A stretch of 40,763 bases of DNA, from NCBI GenBank assembly GCA_017881885.1, contig JADGQJ010000002.1, forward strand, positions 1-40,763. The letters run 5' to 3'. Shown here one piece after another: positions 1 to 8,734 of the stretch (its first letter is position 1; every line of letters starts with the position of its first letter). The notes beneath the pieces are model-generated. The model was not told the origin of the DNA, did not search any database, and saw nothing but the letters and a program-made list of their open reading frames with translations. Source of the DNA: Chloroflexota bacterium (GTDB lineage Bacteria > Chloroflexota > Limnocylindria > Limnocylindrales > CSP1-4). The position numbers were made by a program, and so were the translations under genes.

Positions 1-395
1 TTGCGACTCTGTTCCTGCTTCGAGTCGGCAACCGAGTGATCGAGCCGTACGGCGGGATGACGGCGCAAGGTGCAGAGACCCGCGCCAACTACCTGCTCAA
101 GTGGGAAGCGATCCGCACGTCGCGCGACCGGGGCGCCGCGAGCTACGACATGTGGGGCATCTCGCACGAGGGGATCGAGCAATTCAAGAGCGGTTTCGGC
201 GGCCGCGAGATCCACTATGTCGGGGCGTGGGACCTGGTGTTGGATCCCGCCGGACGCCTGGCGTTCGACAGCGCCCAGAGCTGGCAGGACCGCGTCGGGC
301 GGCTTCGCCACGGCATCCGCCACGTTCGAGGCGGCCGCAAAGAGGCCGCGGGCGGGTCGGGCGGCGACGGCGGTGGCGCAGAGGGCGTGGAGTGA
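1..395 (+). CDS. FemAB-family peptidoglycan interpeptide-bridge aminoacyltransferase, C-terminal fragment (5' end cut by window edge)
   Basis: The frame is open from nt 3 (ATLFLLRVGNRVIEPYGG...). The segment ...ANYLLKWEAIRTSRDRGAASYDMWGI...FKSGFGG... resembles the FemX/FemAB C-terminal region. A Gly-rich tail follows, and the TGA stop is at 393-395. Confidence 0.7.
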   Translation, partial: ATLFLLRVGNRVIEPYGGMTAQGAETRANYLLKWEAIRTSRDRGAASYDMWGISHEGIEQFKSGFGGREIHYVGAWDLVLDPAGRLAFDSAQSWQDRVGRLRHGIRHVRGGRKEAAGGSGGDGGGAEGVE

Positions 396-2086
396 CCTCA
401 GGTTCGGGCCGCGAGAGCGCTCTGGCGGAGCTGATCGCGTCGGCTGAGCGGCAGGCCCCCCGCCTGTTGGGCGAGCTGATCGAACGCCTGGAGGCCGAAG
501 GCCGGCTGCGGACCGTCCGGATGCCGGAGGCTCCCCGGGGCGAGGCCTCGGCCGCGCAGGTCGCGATAGGCTCGATACCGATTCGCGGTCTGACCTTCGA
601 CTCCCGGCGTGTCACGGCCGGTTCGATCTTCGTGGCGGTTCCGGGCGAGCATGTCGATGGCCGCGACTACGTCTCGGCGGCCGTGGCCCTCGGCGCCGCG
701 GCCGTGATCGTGGAGCGTCCTCTCGCAGGAGTGGCCACTCCGCAGATCGTGGTCGATCGCGCGCAGGCGGCGCTAGCCGTCGCCGCTGCCTGGTGGTACG
801 GCGACCCGAGTCGCGAGCTGGGCGTCGTCGGCATCACCGGTACGGACGGCAAGACAACCACGTCGTTCCTGGCCACCGCAGTGCTCGAGGCGGCGGGAAT
901 CTCGACCGGCCTGCTGACCACCGCCGAGCTCAAAGTCGGCGAGCTTCGGAGCGCCAACCCCGAGCACGTGACAACCCCGGAGGCGCCGCAGCTGCAGCAA
1001 ACCCTGCGGGCGATGGTCGACGCCGGCAACCGGGCTGCGATTGTCGAGACCACCTCCCACGGCCTGACCCTGGACCGGGTCGGTGGGGTCGCGTACGACA
1101 TCGCCATCTTCACGAATCTGACCCACGAGCACCTCGAGCTGCACGGCACATTCGAGGCGTACCGCGACGCCAAGCTGAGCCTCTTCCGGCGGCTCGGCGT
1201 GAACGTCGCGGCGCCCAAACAGCTGTCCCGGGAGTGGCCGCGAACCGGAATCGTCAACCACGACGACCCGGCCGCAGCCCTGTTCGAGGAGGCTGCCGGA
1301 TCGGCAGGGGCTGCGCTGATCACTTACGGCATGTCGCCGGCGGCTGAGGTGTGTGCAGTCGGCATCGAGGAGGACGCTCGGCGTTTGAAGATCCGCGTCC
1401 GGACGCCCCGGTGGGTCGACGACGTGACTGTCCAGCTCGTCGGACGGTTCAACGTCTACAACGTTCTGGCCGCGATCGCTCTCGGAGAAGCGCTGGGGTT
1501 GGATCCGGCGGCCATTCGCACCGGCCTTGCAGGCGTTGGCGGAGTACCCGGCCGCATGGAGCGCGTTGATTGCGGTCAGCCGTTCGGAGTCATCGTGGAC
1601 TACGCCCATTCGCCCGCATCGCTGCAAACAGTCCTCGATCAGCTGGCGCCGCTGACCGCTCCGGGGTCGGGGCTGATCGCCGTCTTCGGTTCGGCCGGTG
1701 AGCGAGACGTGCAGAAGCGGCCGATGATGGGCCGCATCGCCGGCGAGCGCTGCCGGCTCGTCATCGTCACCGACGAGGATCCCCGTGGCGAGAGCCGCGA
1801 TGCAATTCTCGATGAGATCGCGGCAGGGGCCGAGGCCGCCGGCAAGCGTCGCGGCGAGAATCTCCTGCTGATTCCGGACCGCCGCGAGGCAGTCGCCGCA
1901 GCCTTAGAGCGGGCCCGGCCCGGGGACATGGTGGTGCTCGCCGGGAAAGGTCACGAACAATCCATCATCATGAGAGACGGACCCCGAGCCTGGGACGAGC
2001 GAACCGAGGCGATCGCCGCGCTTGGGCTACTGGGTTTCCGCCACCACGAACACGGCGAGCGCGACAACAGGAACGCGCACTACTAG
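392..2086 (+). CDS. murE: UDP-N-acetylmuramoyl-L-alanyl-D-glutamate--diamino acid ligase MurE
   Basis: Mur ligase motifs are present: GITGTDGKTTT, DYAHSP, AGKGHE, and LTFDSRRV..GSIFVAVPG at the N-terminus. I placed the start at GTG 392 because GAGGG lies 6 nt upstream and GTGA overlaps the upstream stop. The track ORF from 101 overlaps the FemAB frame and is Arg/Pro-rich there. TTG 467 or ATG 521 are possible alternative starts. Confidence 0.9.
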   Translation: MTSGSGRESALAELIASAERQAPRLLGELIERLEAEGRLRTVRMPEAPRGEASAAQVAIGSIPIRGLTFDSRRVTAGSIFVAVPGEHVDGRDYVSAAVALGAAAVIVERPLAGVATPQIVVDRAQAALAVAAAWWYGDPSRELGVVGITGTDGKTTTSFLATAVLEAAGISTGLLTTAELKVGELRSANPEHVTTPEAPQLQQTLRAMVDAGNRAAIVETTSHGLTLDRVGGVAYDIAIFTNLTHEHLELHGTFEAYRDAKLSLFRRLGVNVAAPKQLSREWPRTGIVNHDDPAAALFEEAAGSAGAALITYGMSPAAEVCAVGIEEDARRLKIRVRTPRWVDDVTVQLVGRFNVYNVLAAIALGEALGLDPAAIRTGLAGVGGVPGRMERVDCGQPFGVIVDYAHSPASLQTVLDQLAPLTAPGSGLIAVFGSAGERDVQKRPMMGRIAGERCRLVIVTDEDPRGESRDAILDEIAAGAEAAGKRRGENLLLIPDRREAVAAALERARPGDMVVLAGKGHEQSIIMRDGPRAWDERTEAIAALGLLGFRHHEHGERDNRNAHY

Positions 2087-2122
2087 CGGGCGCCGCGAGG
2101 CGTCGATGGAGGCCACCAGCTG

Positions 2123-2830
2123 ATGCGATCCTGCCTGTTCCAGATCCTCGTCATGCTGGCGATCGCCTTCGGGCTGGTGTGGTTCGGCCTCCCACTCGGT
2201 GTGAGTGCGCTGGCCACCGGCGCTTTGAACTCCAGCGGCTTCACCGGCACCGATACGAAGGTCGAGGTTTCTTCGAACCCGCCGTTCATGCTGCTGACCG
2301 GCCACGCCGACACGATCCGCATCCGGTCCAGCGAGGCCAGGATGGGCGATCTTCATGCCGCGGCCGTGGACGTGGTCCTGGGCGACGTGGAGCTGCTCAG
2401 CCGCAACATCGGGACCGTGACCGGCACGCTCGACGGCGTGCGTGTCGCCGCCCCCAACGGCGACCCGGTGGGGATCGACAAGGTGACCCTCGAAGGATCC
2501 GCCACGGCGACGATTGCGACCGCCACCCTGACCGTGCCCGAAGCCGAGACCCTGGCCGAGTCGCAGCTGAAATCGCAGACCGGGATCACGGCGACCGTCA
2601 CCCTGAAAGGCCCCAACCTGGTCACTCTCACGGTCGCCGGCAAGCCTGTGTCCGGGCGGCTCGTGACGAGCAACGGATCGCTGCTCGTCGTTCCCGACAG
2701 CGCCGCTCTGCCGATCGTGACATTGATCTCGCCGGGAAGCGGGAACCCGTTCCGGGTCACATCTGTCGACATCGGCTCGACGATCGTGACATTGGTCGGC
2801 ACGATCAACATCCAGAATCTGCTCAGCTGA
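2123..2830 (+). CDS. Membrane-anchored DUF2993/LmeA-like protein
   Basis: 235 aa with an N-terminal TM helix (LFQILVMLAIAFGLVWFGL). The rest is beta-rich and repetitive (..VEVSSNPPFMLLTGHADTIRIRSSE..VTLEG..VTLKG..), resembling DUF2993. GGAGG lies upstream of the ATG. The family call is from memory only. Confidence 0.75.
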   Translation: MRSCLFQILVMLAIAFGLVWFGLPLGVSALATGALNSSGFTGTDTKVEVSSNPPFMLLTGHADTIRIRSSEARMGDLHAAAVDVVLGDVELLSRNIGTVTGTLDGVRVAAPNGDPVGIDKVTLEGSATATIATATLTVPEAETLAESQLKSQTGITATVTLKGPNLVTLTVAGKPVSGRLVTSNGSLLVVPDSAALPIVTLISPGSGNPFRVTSVDIGSTIVTLVGTINIQNLLS

Positions 2831-2886
2831 CCCTGTCGGCACCTCGGATCGCCGACCCGCGAGCCGCCGGGCTCGGCCTGACTGAC

Positions 2887-2895
2887 TGGTAGACT
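2887..2895 (+). promoter_or_regulatory. Candidate extended -10 promoter (TGgTAGACT) placing the TSS at or within ~2 nt of the rel ATG
   Basis: TG is at 2887-88 and TAGACT at 2890-95. The ATG at 2904 is 8 nt after the hexamer. There is no SD in between. Confidence 0.35.
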
Positions 2896-2903
2896 CTGGG
2901 CAA

Positions 2904-5171
2904 ATGTCGATCGATCCATCCGGCCCGGAAGCCCCTGCCACCGCTGTCGGGCCACTGCCCACACCACGCATCTCGCCACCGAAACTGTCGATGGCGGAGC
3001 GGCTGCGGGCCGGCGTGCGCGGATCCAATTCGCCCGAAACCAGCTTCCGCCACGTCCGTGATTCGCTGGCGCGCCATTTCCCGCAAGCCGATCTCACGGC
3101 TCTGCGCGACGCCTTCGATTTCGCCCAGGAGGCTCACCGCGACCAGACGCGGGTCACCGGCGAACCTTACGTCACCCACCCTCTGGCTTCCGCACAGATC
3201 CTGGCCGATATCGGCATCGACGCCACGGCCGTAACCGCCGCGCTGCTGCACGATGTCCCTGAGGACACGGACTACACCCTCAACGACATCGAGGAGCGAT
3301 TCGGTGCCGAAGTAGCCCAGCTTGTGGATGGCGTCACCAAGCTGTCCAAATTCAGCACCCACAGCCACGAGGAGCAGCAGGCCGAGAACATCCGGAAGAT
3401 GTTCCTGGCCATGGCCGACGACATCCGCGTCGTCCTGATCAAGCTTGCGGATCGGCTTCACAACATGCGCACCCTCTACGCGCTGCCGTCTGAGAAGCAG
3501 ATCCGCATCGCCCATCAAACCCTCGAGATCTACGCCCCACTGGCCGAACGGCTGGGCATGTGGAGCATCAAGTGGGAGCTCGAAGACCTGGCCTTCAAGA
3601 CCCTCGAGCCCGAGGCCTACCGCGAGCTGTCACGGATGCTGGACACCCGGCGCAAGAGCCGCGAGTCGTTCATCCATCGGGCCATCGAGGAGCTGCGGCC
3701 GGAGCTGGTCCGGGCCGGCATCGAGGCCGAGCTTTCGGGCCGGCCCAAGCACCTCTACAGCATCCGCAAGAAGATGCAGCGCAAGGGCGCCGAGATCGGC
3801 GAGATCTACGACGTCTACGCGATCCGCATCCTGGTCGCCGAGGTCAAGGATTGCTATGCCGCCCTGGGCGTCGTGCATTCGCACTGGCGGCCGATTCCGG
3901 GCCAGTTCGACGACTACATCGCCGTGCCCAAGCCGAACCTGTACCAGAGCCTCCACACCGCGGTGATCTCGCTCGACGGCCAGCCGCTCGAGATCCAGAT
4001 CCGAACGCAGGCGATGCACCAGGTCAGCGAGGTCGGCATCGCCGCGCACTGGCGGTACAAGGAGGGATCTCGGGCCGATCGCGAGTACGACGCCAAGCTC
4101 GCCTGGCTGCGCCAGGTCATGGACTGGCAGCGCGACGTCTCGGATGCCACCGAGTTCGTCGAGGGCGTGAAACTCGACGTCTTCCAGGACCAGGTCTTCG
4201 TCTTCTCGCCGAAAGGCGACGTGAAGGATCTGCCCGCCGGCGCCACGCCGCTCGACTTCGCATACCGCATCCACACCGACATCGGCCATCGCTGCATCGG
4301 CGCCAAGGTCAACAACCGCCTGGTCCCGCTCGATTACAAGCTTCAGAACGGCGACATCGTCGAGATCGTCACGACCAAGGGAGAGCACGGACCCTCGCGT
4401 GACTGGATCAACATCGTCCGCACGAGCCATGCCCGGGACAAGATCCGGCAATGGTTCAAGCGCCAGGAGCGGGACGAGAACATCACCCACGGGCGCGAGT
4501 CGCTCGAGAGGGAACTCCGGCGCCTTGCCAGGACGAGCCTGGGCGCTGTCGGGCAGGATCGAATCCTCGAAATCGCGCGCGGCTACAAGTTCGACAACCT
4601 GGACGACTTCTACGCCGCCGTCGGGTACGGAGCGATCGGCGCGCAGCAGGTCGTCACGCGACTCGGAGTCGTGGACGACGCCCAACTGGCCCTGCCGCCT
4701 ACCTCTCCGCCACCCAGCCCTTCCCGGCAGGGCGGCGTCCGGGTCAAGGGCGTAGGCGACCTGCTCGTCCGGTTCGGCAAGTGTTGCCACCCCATTCCGG
4801 GCGACCCGATCACCGGCTTCATCACCCGCGGCAAGGGCGTCACCGTGCACCTGAAGAACTGCCAGACCGTGCTGAACGAGCGCGAGACTGCCCGCATGAT
4901 CGAGGTCGAGTGGGAGAGCCAGGTCCAGCAGACCTATCCCATCTCGATCCGGATCGAGGCCTACGATCGAACCGGCCTGCTGTCGGACATAACCCAGGTC
5001 GTCGCCGAAAACAAGGTCAACATCATGTCCGCGAACGTCTCGGTCACACCCGACCGCACGGCCACGGTCAAGGCCACGCTGGAAGTTGCCTCGGTAGCGC
5101 AGCTGGCGCGCGTAATGAGCCGCCTGGAGCAGCTCAAGGACATCATCACAGTCTCGAGAGACCTGGGGTAG
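2904..5171 (+). CDS. relA: Bifunctional (p)ppGpp synthetase/hydrolase (RelA/SpoT homologue)
   Basis: 755 aa. It has an HD hydrolase motif (HDVPEDT), a RelA/SpoT synthetase core (..YQSLHTAV..EIQIRT..H), a TGS region and a C-terminal ACT-like domain. Confidence 0.95.
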   Translation: MSIDPSGPEAPATAVGPLPTPRISPPKLSMAERLRAGVRGSNSPETSFRHVRDSLARHFPQADLTALRDAFDFAQEAHRDQTRVTGEPYVTHPLASAQILADIGIDATAVTAALLHDVPEDTDYTLNDIEERFGAEVAQLVDGVTKLSKFSTHSHEEQQAENIRKMFLAMADDIRVVLIKLADRLHNMRTLYALPSEKQIRIAHQTLEIYAPLAERLGMWSIKWELEDLAFKTLEPEAYRELSRMLDTRRKSRESFIHRAIEELRPELVRAGIEAELSGRPKHLYSIRKKMQRKGAEIGEIYDVYAIRILVAEVKDCYAALGVVHSHWRPIPGQFDDYIAVPKPNLYQSLHTAVISLDGQPLEIQIRTQAMHQVSEVGIAAHWRYKEGSRADREYDAKLAWLRQVMDWQRDVSDATEFVEGVKLDVFQDQVFVFSPKGDVKDLPAGATPLDFAYRIHTDIGHRCIGAKVNNRLVPLDYKLQNGDIVEIVTTKGEHGPSRDWINIVRTSHARDKIRQWFKRQERDENITHGRESLERELRRLARTSLGAVGQDRILEIARGYKFDNLDDFYAAVGYGAIGAQQVVTRLGVVDDAQLALPPTSPPPSPSRQGGVRVKGVGDLLVRFGKCCHPIPGDPITGFITRGKGVTVHLKNCQTVLNERETARMIEVEWESQVQQTYPISIRIEAYDRTGLLSDITQVVAENKVNIMSANVSVTPDRTATVKATLEVASVAQLARVMSRLEQLKDIITVSRDLG

Positions 5172-5194
5172 GCAACGGGCTCCGGCGAGCCGCG

Positions 5195-5223
5195 ATGACG
5201 GCGAGGTCAGGACCGGGTAAACT
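5195..5223 (+). promoter_or_regulatory. Candidate promoter ATGACG-N17-TAAACT upstream of rpmF-plsX
   Basis: The hexamers are at 5195-5200 and 5218-5223 with 17-nt spacing, ~130 nt upstream of rpmF. Confidence 0.25.
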
Positions 5224-5350
5224 CCGCCGTCGGCCCTGTATGCAGGGTATGCTTCATGTTGCTCGACAGCAGACAGGACCGTCGCGCCCCGGCGCCACCT
5301 CCCGGCCAGCCAAGTGGCACCGCGCCGGAGCATAAGGAGTAGTCAGACAA

Positions 5351-5551
5351 ATGGGTGTTCCGAAGAGGCGAGTCTCCCACGCCCGCCAGGGCGATCGCCG
5401 CGCCCACCATGCGCTAACCGTGCCGCACCTCGAAGCGTGCCCGCATTGCCATCAGTCCAAGCAGGTCCATCACGCCTGCCCGAACTGCGGCTACTACGCC
5501 GGTCGGCCCACGGTCGAGATCAAGCAGGAAAAGCCGCAGCAGACCACCTGA
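5351..5551 (+). CDS. rpmF: 50S ribosomal protein L32
   Basis: The N-terminus is MGVPKRRVSHARQGDRRAHH, followed by a CPHC...CPNC zinc ribbon. AAGGAG lies 6-7 nt upstream. Confidence 0.93.
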   Translation: MGVPKRRVSHARQGDRRAHHALTVPHLEACPHCHQSKQVHHACPNCGYYAGRPTVEIKQEKPQQTT

Positions 5552-5555
5552 GCCG

Positions 5556-6602
5556 GTGGATCTGAGCACGGTTCGAACGATTGACGGTGGAGCGGTCCGG
5601 GTCGTCGTCGACGCCATGGGCGGCGACCATGCGCCCCTGGAGATCGTCACCGGGACCCTGGCCTGGGCGCGCAAGCATCCCGCCGACACGATCCTGCTCG
5701 TTGGCCTGCCAGACGCTATAGACAGGGCGGCCGGAGGCCCGCTGCCGCGCAACGTCGAGGTCGTGGCGGCCAGCGAGGTCGTCGAGATGGACGAGTCGCC
5801 GGCGCTTGCACTCAAGAACAAGAAAGACTCCTCGATCATGGTCGCAATGGACCTGATCAAGCAGGGCAGGGGAGACGCCCTCGTGACGGCCGGGCACTCG
5901 GGCGCTGGCATGGCCGCAGCGGTATTGCGGCTCGGTCGCCTGCCGGGCGTCGATCGCCCCGCGCTGGCGGTCCAGATGATCACCGAGACCGGGCCGTTCG
6001 TGCTTCTCGACATCGGCGCGAACGTAGATGCCACGGGCAACAACCTGTACCAGTACGCCCACATGGGCTCGCTCTACGCCGAGCGTGTCCTCGGGGTCAA
6101 GAACCCGCGCATTGCGCTGCTCTCGATCGGCGAGGAGAAGGGCAAGGGCGACCTGGCTATTCAGCAGGCAACGCAGATGCTCGACGAAGACGGCACCCTA
6201 AATTTCGTCGGCAACGTCGAAGGCCGGGACCTGGTCAAGCACAAGACGGACGTGGCCGTCTGCGATGCCGTCGTCGGCAACGTGACCATGAAGTTCTTCG
6301 AGGGCCTGGCCGGCTTTATCTTCGATTTGTGGCGGAGCGAGTTCAAGCGCGGGATCCGCGGACCGATCGGCTACGTCTTCATGCGCGCAGGCGTCGGCCG
6401 CATCCGCTCCACGTTCGACTACGAGCGGATGGGCGCCTCGCCGCTCCTGGGCGTCAAGGGCATGGTTTTGATCACGCACGGAAGCGCAAAGCGGCGCATG
6501 ATCGAGTTCGCAGTGGAGGCGGGCGCGACCGCAGCGCGGGCCCACATTCCCGAGCTGATCGCCGAGGAATTCCGCGGCCAGGCCCGAAAGCCAAAGGGTT
6601 GA
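5556..6602 (+). CDS. plsX: Phosphate acyltransferase PlsX
   Basis: The VVVDAMGGDHAP motif and full-length similarity to PlsX support the call. The GTG start lies 5 nt after the rpmF stop. Confidence 0.93.
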   Translation: MDLSTVRTIDGGAVRVVVDAMGGDHAPLEIVTGTLAWARKHPADTILLVGLPDAIDRAAGGPLPRNVEVVAASEVVEMDESPALALKNKKDSSIMVAMDLIKQGRGDALVTAGHSGAGMAAAVLRLGRLPGVDRPALAVQMITETGPFVLLDIGANVDATGNNLYQYAHMGSLYAERVLGVKNPRIALLSIGEEKGKGDLAIQQATQMLDEDGTLNFVGNVEGRDLVKHKTDVAVCDAVVGNVTMKFFEGLAGFIFDLWRSEFKRGIRGPIGYVFMRAGVGRIRSTFDYERMGASPLLGVKGMVLITHGSAKRRMIEFAVEAGATAARAHIPELIAEEFRGQARKPKG

Positions 6603-6613
6603 TCGGAGACGAG

Positions 6614-6985
6614 ATGGACGGCCACTCTGACGACACCGCCGGCGCACCAGGGCCGACCGTGCGCAAGACGCCGAACGACCCGCTCACCGTGAGCCACGGC
6701 GTCATCGTAGAGATGGTGCGGGTTGCGGCCCTGGAGGTCCCGGGAGTACTCAAGGTGAGCCGCGGAGGGCCGCTTGCCCGTCTCGCCGGATCTCCGGTGC
6801 GTGCCAGCGTCGGCGACGGGCGAGTCTCCGTGCGGGTCTGGATCGTGGCGCGGCCCGGCCACCCCCTCGGACCGCTTGCGGCTCAGGTGCGCCAGGTCGT
6901 CGGCGCTACGGTCGTCCGGCTGCTCGGCCTGGAGCTCGACGCGGTGACCGTCGTCGTGGATGGGGTCGGGGGCTGGGGATCGTGA
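6614..6985 (+). CDS. Asp23/Gls24-family envelope stress protein
   Basis: The core VSHGVIVEMVRVAALEVPGVLKV...VSVRVWIVARPG is typical of Asp23. I placed the start at ATG 6614 (GGAGA 4 nt upstream). The track ORF from 6329 overlaps plsX. Confidence 0.8.
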   Translation: MDGHSDDTAGAPGPTVRKTPNDPLTVSHGVIVEMVRVAALEVPGVLKVSRGGPLARLAGSPVRASVGDGRVSVRVWIVARPGHPLGPLAAQVRQVVGATVVRLLGLELDAVTVVVDGVGGWGS

Positions 6986-7524
6986 CGCCGACCGAGCCCA
7001 GCTCGGGGCCCGGGCGCGGCCGGGGCTCAGCGCGCGACGTGGGGTCTGGAACGGGCGTGAGGGCGGGCAAGAGGACGCCCGACGAAGTGACAGCGGCCCG
7101 GCTCGGGCGCCGGCTCGCGTTGGCGTCTCTGTTCGAAGCCGAATTCGGGCAGCGCACAGCCGCGGCGATTCTGGAGCGCCATCTGGCCGAAGGCGGCGCC
7201 GACGTGCCGACTGCGGAATTCGCGCGGGCGCTCGTTGAGAGCGTCATAGCCAACCGCGAGCGGATAGACGCATTGATCGAGCAGGTCGCGCCGCAGTATC
7301 CGGTCGTTCAGCTCGCCAGGATGGACCGGAGTCTGCTGCGTAGCGGCATCGGCGAGGTGCTACACTCCGGCACGCCGTCCCGGGTGGCGATTGCCGAATG
7401 GGTCGAGCTGGCTCGCACTTACAGTGGCGAACCGGCCCGCCGTCTTGTCAACGGCGTACTCGGGAGGATCACTCGCGACTCCGTCGCCGGTGCGCACCGC
7501 GCCCCGGAGCCGGGGCCGCAGTAA
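6982..7524 (+). CDS. nusB: Transcription antitermination factor NusB
   Basis: NusB-like helices are present (LALASLFEAEF..., ...AIAEWVELARTYSGEPARRLVNGVLGRI). GTGA overlaps the upstream stop. The N-terminal ~40 aa are a Gly/Arg-rich extension. Confidence 0.88.
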   Translation: MTPTEPSSGPGRGRGSARDVGSGTGVRAGKRTPDEVTAARLGRRLALASLFEAEFGQRTAAAILERHLAEGGADVPTAEFARALVESVIANRERIDALIEQVAPQYPVVQLARMDRSLLRSGIGEVLHSGTPSRVAIAEWVELARTYSGEPARRLVNGVLGRITRDSVAGAHRAPEPGPQ

Positions 7525-7564
7525 CCGTCAATCGCAAGCCCATGGAACCCCGAGGAGGGCGTAA

Positions 7565-7801
7565 GTGGCCACTACCTACGAGCGACTCAAGAAGATCGTC
7601 GTCGAGCAGCTCGGCGTCGACGAGGATGAGGCCAAGCCGGAGGCTTCGTTCGTCGACGATCTGAATGCCGATTCGCTGGATCTCGTCGAGCTGATCATGA
7701 GCCTCGAGGAAGAGTTCGGGACCGAGATCTCCGACGAAGACGCCGAGAAGATCCGGACCGTGCAGGACGCCGTCGACTACATCGACGAGCACTCGGCCTA
7801 G
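7565..7801 (+). CDS. acpP: Acyl carrier protein
   Basis: 78 aa with the phosphopantetheine site [23 protein letters not shown] lies upstream of the GTG start. Confidence 0.93.
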   Translation: MATTYERLKKIVVEQLGVDEDEAKPEASFVDDLNADSLDLVELIMSLEEEFGTEISDEDAEKIRTVQDAVDYIDEHSA

Positions 7802-7813
7802 CCCGCCCGACTG

Positions 7814-8734
7814 ATGCGACCCGCAGCCGCTCTCGCCGAGCGGCTGGGGCTCGCGGTCCGTGACCTCGAACTGCTGCAACAGGCCCTGATCCACAGCAGC
7901 TACCTGCACGAACATCGGGACCTGGCCGTCGGTCACAACGAGCGCCTCGAGTTTCTCGGCGATTCCGTCGTGAGCCTGGCCATATCGGACGCCCTCTACC
8001 GTCGCCATCCCGACGACGACGAGGGCGTTCTGTCCGCCCGGCGCGCTTCGATCGTGAGCACGGCCGGCCTGGCTCGTCTGGCTCGCCGGCTCGCGCTCGG
8101 CGAGTACCTCTTCCTTGGGGAAGGCGAATCGCAGCGTGGCGGTCGGCGCCGGCCGGCTCTCTTGGCCGCCGCGTTCGAGGCTCTTGTGGGCGCCCTGTAC
8201 CTGGATCTCGGGTACGAGGCCGCCGCCGGATTCGTGGTCGCCCTGGCTGCTCCCGAGTTGACCTCCGACCGACCCCTCGGCGCTCTGAAGAGCCCCAAGA
8301 GCCGGCTGCAGGAGTTCACCCAGCGCCTTTCCGGCGAACGGCCCCAGTACCACCTGGTCGACGCCGTCGGACCCGACCACGACAAAGTCTTCCAGATCGA
8401 AGTGGCGGTCTCCGGCCGGGTCATCGGGGTGGGCGAGGGCCACTCCCGGCGCGTGGCCGAGACGGCTGCCGCGGCGCGTGCGATCGAAGCGCTGCGCGAG
8501 ACGCCCGGCGATCTCGCCGAGCAGACCGAAGGGGCGCCCGAGCTCGTTTCGTTCGGGCCCGGTCAGGGCGAGACCGAAGACGACGAAGATGCCGAATGGG
8601 AGGCCTTCGGCGAGCCGATGCCCCCGCATGAGCCCTGGGTCGAGTTCGATCTCGAGCCCAGGGGCGATGACGTTTCGGAGCACCAGCCGGACGACCCCGA
8701 CACGGACCTTCGCGACGACGGCCAAGCCCGGTGA
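7814..8734 (+). CDS. rnc: Ribonuclease III with acidic C-terminal extension
   Basis: The RNase III signature ERLEFLGDSV is followed by a dsRBD (..KSRLQEFTQ...GEGHSRRVAETAAA). About 75 extra acidic residues sit at the C-terminus. The stop overlaps the smc start (GTGA). Confidence 0.92.
   Translation: MRPAAALAERLGLAVRDLELLQQALIHSSYLHEHRDLAVGHNERLEFLGDSVVSLAISDALYRRHPDDDEGVLSARRASIVSTAGLARLARRLALGEYLFLGEGESQRGGRRRPALLAAAFEALVGALYLDLGYEAAAGFVVALAAPELTSDRPLGALKSPKSRLQEFTQRLSGERPQYHLVDAVGPDHDKVFQIEVAVSGRVIGVGEGHSRRVAETAAAARAIEALRETPGDLAEQTEGAPELVSFGPGQGETEDDEDAEWEAFGEPMPPHEPWVEFDLEPRGDDVSEHQPDDPDTDLRDDGQAR

Noticed and set aside
101-391. 5' extension of the murE ORF back to nt 101
   Set aside because: It overlaps the FemAB-family reading frame, and its translation is Arg/Pro/Gly-rich with no Mur ligase similarity. 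GTG 392 has an SD and GTGA coupling.
3630-5333. 567-aa minus-strand ORF antisense to rel
   Set aside because: Same reasoning: it is antisense to a gene with clear HD/RelA-SpoT/TGS/ACT content, its composition is dominated by Arg/Asp/Gly/Leu, and it has no SD or recognisable domains.
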